A stretch of 64,000 nucleotides of DNA from the NCBI GenBank assembly GCA_964016885.1, contig OZ024758.1:29264001-29328000 (forward strand), in the 5' to 3' direction. The DNA is from Eledone cirrhosa. Taxonomy: Eukaryota. A program made the position numbers and the translations under genes. How positions within the stretch are numbered: the stretch's first letter is position 1; every line of letters starts with the position of its first letter. The notes under the pieces are model-generated. The model saw nothing but the letters and a program-made list of their open reading frames with translations, made no database searches and was not told where the DNA came from. Of this stretch, positions 53,958-64,000 are shown one piece after another.

Positions 53958-54263
53958 TAATATGTGTAGTAATAAACACAGTAAATCGTGTGTTTAAAAT
54001 ACCACACTTATTTGAGAAATTTAATCAGAAGCAAGCGGAATATACATAAAATAAAATAAAATAAAATATATACAGACCGCTATACAAACAGATTAAATTC
54101 ATAAATCTGTCCGGGAGATGTAACAGTTATTGAAGCGGTCTGTATATATTTTATTTTATTTTATGTATATTCTGCTTGCTTCTGATTAAATTTATCAAAC
54201 AAACGTGGTATTTCAACCCTCGTAATTTTAGACACGATTTACTGTTTATTACTACATATATTA
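53958..54263. repeat. Imperfect inverted repeat (about 120-bp arms, ~50-nt loop)
   Basis: ...AATCAGAAGCAAGCGGAATATACATAAAA...CAGACCGCT versus AGCGGTCTG...TATATTCTGCTTGCTTCTGATT. Confidence 0.85.
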
Positions 54264-54569
54264 TTGAAATGCTCAGTATTTATACTTTGAGCTTGTTAAT
54301 TACAGGGTATCAGTATGAGTTATTAACTCTGTATTTTATTTGTTTACTCATACATATAAATGTATGCATATGCACACACATATACACATACATGTCAGCG
54401 TATAGAAAAGATTTCTAGTATATATCTATTTTTTTAGAACCTATTCCCATCATAGAGCAAAATACTTAATGTAGAGAGCTAAGAAATTTTCTAACTCAAA
54501 TTACAGAAACTTCTTCTTCGCCCACTTATTCCTGAGAGGGACGTGGGGGCAGTGTCCTCAAACACTCCT

Positions 54570-55277
54570 TCCACTTTACAGAATGGACTGGGTGTATTTT
54601 ATTATGGCACCAGCACTACCACTTTACAGGGTGGACTGGGTGTATTTTATTATGGCACCAGAACTACCACTTTACAGGGTGGACTGGGTGTATTTTATTA
54701 TGGCACCAGAACTACCACTTTACAGAGTGGACTGGGTGTATTTTATTATGGCACCAGCACTACCACTTTACAGGGTGGACTGGGTGTATTTTATTATGGC
54801 ACCAGCACTACCACTTTACAGAGTGGACTGGGTGTATTTTATTATGGCACCAGCACTACCACTTTACAGGGTGGACTGGGTGTATTTTATTATGACACCA
54901 GCACTACCACTTTACAGAGTGGACTGGGTGTATTTTATTATGGCACCAGAACTACCACTTTACAGAGTGGACTGGGTGTATTTTATTATGACACCAGCAC
55001 TACCACTTTACAGAGTGGACTAGGTGTATTTTATTATGACACCAGCACTACCACTTTACAGAGTGGACTGGGTGTATTTTATTATGGCACCAGAACTACC
55101 ACTTTACAGAGTGGACTGGGTGTATTTTATTATGGCACCAGCACTACCACTTTACAGAGTGGACTGGGTGTATTTTATTATGGCACCAACACTACCACTT
55201 TACAGAGTGGACTGGGTGTATTTTATTATGGCACCAACACTACCACTTTACAGAGTGGACTGGGTGTATTTTATTAT
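54570..55277. repeat. 48-bp minisatellite, about 14-15 units
   Basis: GGACTGGGTGTATTTTATTATGGCACCAGCACTACCACTTTACAGAGT. Confidence 0.95.
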
Positions 55278-55334
55278 ATATCCATTTTATGAAGCTCTGT
55301 TTTAGATTAAATCTTAAAGAAAGGATATTCTTAC

Positions 55335-55404
55335 CAGCAAGAGCACCACAAATTGCAGACTGCCACGGTTTCACAGGCTCGTGCTGTTTCTCACTCCAAA
55401 ATAC
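55335..55404 (-). CDS. SLC25A26: SLC25A26 exon (70 bp)
   Basis: VFWSEKQHEPVKPWQSAICGALAG, phase 0/1. Confidence 0.92.
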
Positions 55405-56237
55405 CTGTCAAATATAGATTATAGATTCATTCATTCATCATCATCATCATCATCATTTTACATCCACTTTTCCCTGCTTGCAAGGGTGGGACGGGAACTG
55501 ATTCTGATTTGATTTCTACAGCTGGATGCCCTTCCTAACACCAACCTCATTTACAGTGAGTGCTGGGTGCTTTTTTGCCGTGGCACCTCCACGACCACTT
55601 TGCAGTGGAATGATAGGGACCCCAGTTCCTATCATCTCATTTCTACAGCTGAGTAAACTGGAGCAATGTGAAATAAAGTGTCTTGCTCAAGGAAACAACA
55701 CATCACCCGGTCTGAGAATTGAACTCACAACCTTTCGATTGCAAGGCCAATGCTCTAACCACTAAGCCATGTGCCTGGAAATACCTGTTAAATATAGATG
55801 ATTACCAAATTCACTCCCAAGGCCTTGATTGTCCTGAGGGAACAGCAGAAGACACCTTAGGTGCAGTTCAGCAGGATGGAACCTACAATCACTCAGTTGT
55901 GAAGTGAACAACCAACAGCTGGATGTTAAAACAAAGTGAAAAATAAAAATTTAATTAATAATTAAACTTTTTGTTTTTTAGTTTGAAGTTTGTTTCACAT
56001 AATTCCGATCCATAAATTCAATATATTTAGTATGTTTAAGAAGGGCATCTAACTGTAGAAACCAAGTCAAAATACAGATACGCAAGATGTGGCTGGACTG
56101 GACTTGTCTCATAACGTGACAACCTGTCTAACCCATGCATGGAAAATGTACGTTAAATGATGATGATGATGGTGATGATGTCACAAGTGATTTACTGCTA
56201 GTGTCACAATCAATCAATGTAAAAATAGTATTAATAC

Positions 56238-56330
56238 CTTAAAATATTCCCAAAGTGGAAATTGGATAAAGGAAAATGGTATTTCTCTGGCAACAGTGCT
56301 TCCATAGCCTCGGTAAAGTCCTTTGAAACC
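56238..56330 (-). CDS. SLC25A26: SLC25A26 exon (93 bp)
   Basis: [31 protein letters not shown], a motif characteristic of SAMC. Confidence 0.95.
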
Positions 56331-57992
56331 CTGCAACAAAAATAAACATTTAAACCATGGTTGAAAAATTCAAATGTATGAATATAAGAAGTAAAACACT
56401 TCGTTTCACGTTGCTTCAGTATACCCAGCTGAAAATGAGTACCAGCAATAGCTGGGGGTTTAACCCTGTGATGAACTGGTGTCCTGTCCAGTGAGTAGTC
56501 TTGTACTCTTAGTTGCTTCATGCCATGGAAATGGGATAAGCACTGACCTAATGAGCATTCGGGCTCAGCACAGACTTTAGACATTTTTATAATCCTTTGA
56601 ACCAGTTATATTTTCTACGATGCGAGGGTACCAGGTGTAACTTCTGACTACAAAACGTGAGACTTTTAAGCGAGACTCCAACTGAACTCCTGACAACGAG
56701 ACACATTCCTTAGTCCACCGAGTCCATTTCTTTAATCCCAAAGGGGTGGTCACCACAACAGGCATTTATTAGACATAAGAAGATACAGTAAAGAGTTTAT
56801 AGAGTAGAAAAGACATCTGAGATGTTTCGGAATCTTATATTACTTATTTTGTATCATCATCATCATCGTTTAACGTCTATCTTCCACGCTAGCATGGGTT
56901 TAGACGGGAATTGTCCCATTTGAGGCAAGATTGGTCATCTCGCTCGTATAGGACTGTCTGGCAGGTTTTCTACGGCTGGATGCCCTTCCTAACACCAACC
57001 ACGTTTACAGTGTGGACTGGGAAGTTTTTACCATGTTACCTCCATGGCCACATTACAGCGTGGACTGTGTTTTTTTGTCGTGACACCTACACGACCTCAT
57101 TTGTTTAGGACTGGATGTTGTACCAACATAACTTTACAGAGAAAGAGGTGTGGCAGTTGTGGGAGTGTGGGGGGGGGGGATATATTTGATTAAGAGATGC
57201 CTACTGACTGCAGGTTTTGCTTTGTACTTAGGCAAGGCGGGTTTTCTGTATTACTGCGTAGCGCCAAAGATCTCGGTCCAGTGACTTAGAAAGGTGTAAT
57301 TGTGTAAGGTCGGAATATATCAAATCGTCCCAGGTTTTTCTGGGTCTGCCTACTCTGTAACTTCCGTCAATTTTGTCCATTCTATCATGGTTGGTGTTAA
57401 AGTCTTTCTCAAACCTAGAGGTACATTAGGCAAGATCTTATCCTGATGGTAGGTGACGGAGAAAACAAGACTTACCCTGGATGGGAATGAATGAAGTGGC
57501 TTACTCAAAGACACAACACACACTCTCTAGTCTGGGGATTGAACCCATGTTCTTACAATCATGAGACCAACACCTTAACCACTAGGGTACACAACTTCAC
57601 TAATGGGTGGTCTGTGCGTGTGTATGTATGGAGGCACATGGCTTAGTGGTTAGAACATTGGCCTTGCAATCGAAAGGTTGTAAGTTCAATTCTCGGACCG
57701 GGTGATGTGTTGTTTCCTTGAGCAAGACACTTTATTTCACTTTGCTCCAGTTTACTCAGCTGTAGAAATGAGATGATAGGGACTGGGGTCCCTATCATTC
57801 CACAGTAAAGTGGTCGTGTAGGTGCCACAGCAAAAAAGCACCCAGCCCACACTGTAAATGAGGTTGGTGTTAGGAAGGGCATCCAGCTGTAGAAATCAAG
57901 CCAGAATCAGTTCCCGTCCCACCCTTGCAAGCAGGGAAAAGCGGACGTAAAATGATGATGATGATGATGATATGTATGTACGGGTGCATGCA

Positions 57993-58024
<32 letters not shown>

Positions 58025-58028
58025 CACA

Positions 58029-58083
<55 letters not shown>

Positions 58084-58356
58084 ATTCAGGAGGAGATTTA
58101 CTTTTGAATTATTATTGACATGGTGGATTGGCAGTGTCAGTAGAGAGCCGGATGCCATGCTTTGCAGCATAGAGTTATGGCTCTTTACGATCTGAGTTTA
58201 AATCCCGTTGAGGTTAACTTAGTCTTTCATCCTTAAGAGGTCGATAAAATAAAGTACCAGTAATGCACTGGGGTAATTGCTGGCCTTGTGCCAAAAGTAG
58301 AAGCAATTATTTAATACAGTTACTAGATTTCTCACGAGAAAGAAGTTTTTACTTAC

Positions 58357-58461
58357 TTCTGATTGCAGGGTCTGCTGTAAAACTTTCCGAGAAGACAAAT
58401 TTGACGATGTCTGAGCTCTTTGCTTGACTACCTCAACTGGGACTCGGATCAAACAAGCCAT
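58357..58461 (-). CDS. SLC25A26: SLC25A26 exon (105 bp)
   Basis: MACLIRVPVEVVKQRAQ...TLQSE, AG/GTAAGT. Confidence 0.95.
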
Positions 58462-59616
58462 CTGTTGAACAAGTAAAAATTAATAAATTAGTATTCGTAG
58501 GATAATGGGAAAATTCAGTGCAAGGAAGCTGGCATCAATGATGGGGTCGGGTAAAATTTTCCTTAAAGGATAGAAATCAGTGAGCCGCTGATTTCTATCC
58601 TTTTAGTTAAATCATTGAAAGCTGATGAGAGTATTTAAATATTTGTGATCTCTCGTCCATTTTATTCCCTTTTTCCATTCTTCTTATCACTTCTCCGAGC
58701 CAACAAACTTCTAATCGCTGATTTCTATTCTTTGAGGTAAATTTTACCTGATGCCATCATTGACAGTGTTTTGCTGTTTTAACAGCTTCTTTGTTCCAAG
58801 TTCTTCCAATTATTCTATGAATTCTAATACATTTGAACTTGAAACTTGATGTTCGAGTTAACTTTGTTAATAAATTAGTATAAATATAACTCTTTAGCTC
58901 TTAACATCCTGTAATGATTTAGCAGAAAATATTTAAAAACCAGTTTCATAATTCAAATGCTTATAGTATCTTCTCAAGTGGCCAGATGATTGTGAAAATT
59001 TGCAATATTAAAGTAAACAGTTTCATTTTTAGTGTGATGTAGTCATAATGCTGCTTTGCACTTTTTAAGATTGTCTTGCTAATGGGATTGTATGTGATAC
59101 ATGCATCAAGAGTTAAGGAAGAAAACAGCAAATATTCAAACACGAGTGGAATGTTGTTTGCTAAATTTATCAATCCTATTTTGTACCATGTTTTAGCCAA
59201 ACATATATCATCTTACGGCAGCAAATTGGCAGAGTAATTCGAATGTCGGATAGAATGCTTTATGGTATTTGTTCCAGCTTTCTCTGCTCTCTGAGTTCAA
59301 ATCCTGCCAAGGTCAAATTTACTTTTCATCCTTTCGCGGTTGATATAAAAAAGTACAAGTCTAGTACTTCTATATCTTTTTCTCATTGCCTCTCTCTCAC
59401 TTTCTATCTTTCTCTGGAAGAAATCTGCTGTATTGAGGCCTGGAGAGGGATGGGCTCTGCCATGCTCAAGAAACGCTGTATGTCAATAAGGCGCCCCTAG
59501 GACTCCATCAGGAGTAACAGGACCATACCATTGTAGTGGAACTACTTCATACCTTGCAATAACAATGTTTCATATGTGATTTGGTTAAACAAACCAATCG
59601 TATTAAATCGCATATG

Positions 59617-60444
59617 AATACCTAGGTGACCGAATTAGCAGTGGAGGTGGGTGCTCAGAAAGTACAATAACTAGGGTAAGAACGGGATGGAAGAAGTTTA
59701 GGGAACTACTACCAATGCTAGCTGCAAAAGGCTTCTCCCTCAAAATGAAAGGCAGACTGTATGATGCGTGTATCCGAACAGCAATGTTACATGGTAGTGA
59801 GACCTGGGCGCTGAAGGTGGAAGACTTACGTAGATTAGAAAGAAATGAAGCCTGCATGCTCCGATGGATGTGTAACAGTAATTTACGTGAACGACAAAGC
59901 ATAAATGAATTGAGAAAGAGACTGAGCATAAGAGGAATCAAATGCTGTGTGCAGGAGAGGCGGTTGCGTTGGTATGGACATGTGATGCGTATGAAGGATG
60001 ACAGCTGCATAAAAAGGTGCAGAGCACTAGAAGTTGATGGAAACCGCGGAGTGGGGAGACCCAAGATGACCTGGGATGAGGTGATAAAAGCCGACCTTAC
60101 CCAATTACATCTCTCAAAGGCGATGACACATGACCGTGACCTCTGGCGTCACGCAGTAATACAGAGTACCCGACCTCCCATGGGTACATGCTGAAGCATA
60201 TAGACAATGTGCTCCCACACCCTTCCACTGTAAAGTGGACGTGTAGGCGCCACGGAAAAAGCACCCAGCACTCTCTGTAAATGAGGTTGGTGTTAGGAAG
60301 GGCATCCAGCTGTAGAAACCAAGCCAGAATCAGTTCCTGTATGACAACGCATGGTCAGCCGACCAGACACTGCCCATAACAGGACAACCCGTCTAACCCA
60401 TGCTAGCGTGGAAGAACGGACGTAAAACGGTGATGATGATGATG
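59617..60444 (+). mobile_element. RTE LINE 3' fragment (second subfamily) joined to a SINE-type central domain and tail
   Basis: YLGD...RRLRWYGHVMR...GRPKMTW ORF ending at 60194, then GGTGTTAGGAAGGGCATCCAGCTGTAGAAA and a (TGA)n tail. Confidence 0.88.
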
Positions 60445-61229
60445 TCGCCTCCTCCCCGTAAAACCTCTCCGCTCACCAGAGAAATGACCCTGGACAGCAA
60501 GATGAAAAGACGTACTATGAAGTAGTGCCTACATATTCCTGTGAAGAGGAACTAAATATTTATCAACGAGACGCATTCAACATCTCGGGAATTGTTCTAT
60601 TACGGTTTGTTATCAACATGAGATATTCAACGTTTCCTGTATTGTTCTAGAAAGTATCTGCCTAACTTCAACCTAATGGCTAGTAATTGCTTTCATTTCT
60701 TATATCCTCCTGTGTATATAAATTCGGCCTCCTAACAATAAATATGTGTAATTGAGTGTTAAAAGAAGTCTGTCGCTGCAAGTGAAAGAAGAAGAACCAC
60801 ACTGACCAAGGTATTTCCCCAAGGCCTCCTCTAGAGGGAATTAAATTATACAATTGTTTGTGATAAACGAGGTCTATAAATGTTTCAACCTGTAATTATT
60901 AAAAGGCATAAATAGGCATTTAACTCTCTTTTCGTTATACTATCATCATTATCATTTAACATTTTCTTCCCTGCTAGCAAAGATTAGATGGATCATCACC
61001 AAGTTAGCACTTCCTCAGTCTTGGTTCCACAATAAAATGTGGAATCATATGTCAGGCCTCTAGCTCATTTGATGGTCAAAGTTTCCGCATGAGTACTGAC
61101 CAGTCTGCGATGACATGTCAAAGCCTTGCTAGCAGAGAAAATGGATGTTTGATGATTATATATATATATATATATATATATTATAAAATAACAGGAGTCT
61201 GGACTGGTGTAATTCCTTAAAGGTTTATT

Positions 61230-61287
61230 ATACTATGAACATTTCAATGACCGGGTTCAGTATGAATCCGGTGACATCATCAGGTAT
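61230..61287 (-). ncRNA. Minimal type I hammerhead-ribozyme-like motif
   Basis: Minus strand ATAC-CTGATGA-[TGTCACCGGATTCATACTGAACCCGGTCATT]-GAAA-TGTTCA-TA-GTAT, then AATAAA. The base of stem II is imperfect. Confidence 0.55.
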
Positions 61288-61935
61288 TCAAAATTTAACA
61301 AAGGAATATAATCCATGAAGCTGAAAAGGCAGAGAGACAAGAAGGCGGCCACACATTTAGCAGTTTCTAGTTCGGTCGGCCGATATATATATATATATAT
61401 ATATCATCATCATCATCATCATCATCATTTCATTTTACGTCCGCTTTTTCCCTGCTTGCAAGGGTGGGACGGGAACTGATGCTGGCTTGATTTCTACAGC
61501 TCGATGCCCTTCCTAACACCAACCTCATTTACAGTGAGTGCTGGGTGCTTTTTTGCCGTGGCACCTCCACGACCACTTTACAGTGGAATGATAGGGATCC
61601 CAGTCCCTATCATCTCATTTCTACAGCTGAGTAAACTGGAGCAATGTGAAATAAAGTGTCTTGCTCAAGGAAACAACACCTCACCCAGTCTGAGAATTGA
61701 ACTCACAACCTTTTGATTGTAAGGCCAATGCTCTAACCACTAAGCCACGTGTCTCCATACACATATATATATATATTTATATAGTGTGTGGTAAAAAACT
61801 GGGAAGTAATATCTGAAGTTGTTAGAGCACTCAGTCCAAAGGACAAGTTCGTTATAGAATTAATTCCACAAGAAATTAACAAACCATATTTGAGAACTCA
61901 TGTTTCACCTGAAGGATTCTTCAACTTGTATATAT

Positions 61936-62037
61936 ATATTTATTAAAATAACAGATTAAAGTTTAAGCAAAGAATCGCTGCTTTCACTCTTAACGGGATC
62001 TTTGCTTAAACTTTAATCTGTTATTTTAACAAATATT
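61936..62037. repeat. Fold-back palindrome (about 37-bp arms, 25-nt loop)
   Basis: TTAAAATAACAGATTAAAGTTTAAGCAAAGA versus TCTTTGCTTAAACTTTAATCTGTTATTTTAA. Confidence 0.9.
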
Positions 62038-62142
62038 TGCTCTAGGGTTCTATATTTGATATATATTTATCCTTATTGAGCCTTCTTCGGATTTTAGTCT
62101 TCACATTTATTATTATTACTATATTACTTATTATATATATAC

Positions 62143-62193
<51 letters not shown>

Positions 62194-62213
62194 CAAACAC
62201 ATATGGAACATAC

Positions 62214-62323
62214 CACTTCTCCTGCAGCTGCAGCTATCATATAATTTATCGATGCCATCTTTGGCTCAAATGTCGTAGAAATGATTTCTTTAGTGAATTC
62301 ATATGTGAGAAAGAACACAGATG
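62214..62323 (-). CDS. SLC25A26: SLC25A26 exon (110 bp); upstream exons lie beyond the window
   Basis: SVFFLTYEFTKEII...YMIAAAAGEV, AG/GT, joins in phase to MACLIRVP. Confidence 0.92.
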
Positions 62324-63313
62324 CTGAAATTAAAGTAAAAGAAATCCTGTAAGAACTAATTAAGCTGTGATGGTAAGGTAATGTTAATGTGAAAGCAGCA
62401 GACAAAGTTTCAATCTAAAAGAATTACATTTTTATTAACTGGCCACTCATACTTATGTTACGGTATTGTTCTCAAAATGAATATCAAAATCTGGTAGATT
62501 CAATATTATGTGAGATAATTATGTGAGGTAAAGCCTTTACCATGAAAATATAATAGCATATATAGAGTAATATAAATGGTAAAGGGTTATATAAACTGGC
62601 TAAGAGTAATAAAATATGTAGATAGGGTTGGGGTCTATGAATGGAAGTATTTAACTAGAAGTTATTTCTTTAAGGTTCAATGCTCAGTGGTTAGAGAATT
62701 GGATTCACAATCGTGAAGTAGTGAGTTCAATTTCTGGACCGAGTGTTGCATTATGTCCTTGAGCAAGACACTTCATTTCCCGTTGCTCTTTCTGTCAGGA
62801 GTAGACAATATCAGAAATAGAAAAACTGATTTGATGAACACCATCACACTCGGTGAGCGAACGATGTCTGGGAACTTGTTGATCAATTCAAAGATTATTT
62901 CATTATGGTGGTCTTCAAATGTAAAATGTGTTGGGTACCTATTTTCTGCCAGTAGCACCCTAAAAACAGATTAATGTACTTATTCACACAATGTAATCAG
63001 TCAGGATTACAGTTATACACCTGCACCCTAACTGTAAATGTTAGCTATTTCAAGAGAAAAGAGGTGCATTACCCTCTTGATTTTTCTAAAGAAATAAAAA
63101 GGATTCCTTTTACTACAGATTCTATCACTCATGCGATGATGTTTTATCTTTCAAATTTGAGTGTCCCCCTCTCTTTACAATCATGTTTCCTCATCACCGT
63201 GATAATTATATGGCTTTCTATAGTGGCATGGTAAAAACAAATTTATATACTGAATATCTAAAATGATATTGTATTTCTTTTTAAAAGAACAATGTCACAT
63301 GATTATAAATAAA

Positions 63314-64000
63314 TTTAGAAGTGTAGCAATAGTATATTGTAGCAACGATAGAGATATTTAGAAGGGTAGCAATAGTATATTGTAGCAACGATAGAAATAT
63401 TTAGAAGGGTAGCAATGGTATATTGTAGCAAAGATAGAGATATTTAGAAGTGTAGCAATAGTATATTGTAGCAACGATAGACATATTTAGAAGGGTAGCA
63501 ATAGTATAGTGTAGCAACGATAGAGATATTTAGAAGGGTAGCAATGGTATATTGTAGCAAAGATAGAGATATTTAGAAGTGTAGCAATAGTATATTGTAG
63601 CAACGATAGACATATTTAGAAGGGTAGCAATAGTATAGTGTAGCAACGATAGAGATATTTAGAAGGGTAGCATTGATATATTGTAGCAAAGATAGAGATA
63701 TTTAGAAGGGTAGCAATAGAATATTGTAGTAAATCATCATCATCATCATCATCATCGTTTAATGTCCACCTTCCATGCTTGCATGGGTTTGGACGGGAAT
63801 TTTCCCACTTGAGGCAAGATTGGTTGTCCTGCTCGTATAGGACTGTCTGGCGGGTTTTCTACGGCTGGATGCCCTTCCTAACACCAACCACGTTTACAGT
63901 GTGGACTGGGAGGTTTTTACCGTGTTACCCACACGGCCACATTACAGCGTGGACTGTGTGTTTTTTTTGTCGTGACACCTTGATAGAGATATTTAGAAGG
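63314..64000. repeat. 43-bp minisatellite interrupted by a SINE fragment (63734-63980)
   Basis: TTTAGAAGGGTAGCAATAGTATATTGTAGCAACGATAGAGATA, about 10 units, resuming at 63982. Confidence 0.92.

Noticed and set aside
54543-55305. 249-aa TTTLQSGLGVFYYG repeat ORF
   Set aside because: A SINE-derived 48-bp minisatellite in an SLC25A26 intron.
35686-61716. Recurrent MPFLTPTSFTVSAGCFF ORFs suggesting a small gene family
   Set aside because: Antisense translations of family B SINE copies.

Overview
Eukaryotic, AT-rich, repeat-dense DNA. The SINE/LINE/MITE complement resembles an octopod cephalopod (inference). Two spliced host genes lie tail-to-tail: CEP83/CCDC41 on + (10 coding exons, 25861-50983) and the 3' six exons of the mitochondrial SAM carrier SLC25A26 on - (62323-51917, 5' end outside the window). 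The rest is RTE LINE fragments, CRE-like RLE-endonuclease retroelement fragments, tRNA-derived SINEs, piggyBac-like and hAT MITEs, non-autonomous Helitrons and TE-derived minisatellites, including a 9.3-kb 48-bp array whose 3100-aa ORFs are artefacts. Most notable: (1) CEP83 exon 5 needs a -1 frame change at an in-frame A_AAA_AAG heptamer, probably an assembly indel; (2) several long fold-back palindromes are centred on hammerhead-like stem-II/GAAA motifs, with a flip/flop loop isomer pair and two separate hammerhead-like cores; (3) most minisatellites trace to a module of a SINE, MITE or Helitron present in the same window; (4) a palindromic bidirectional poly(A) signal lies between the convergent genes. 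No clearly novel protein-coding system was seen.
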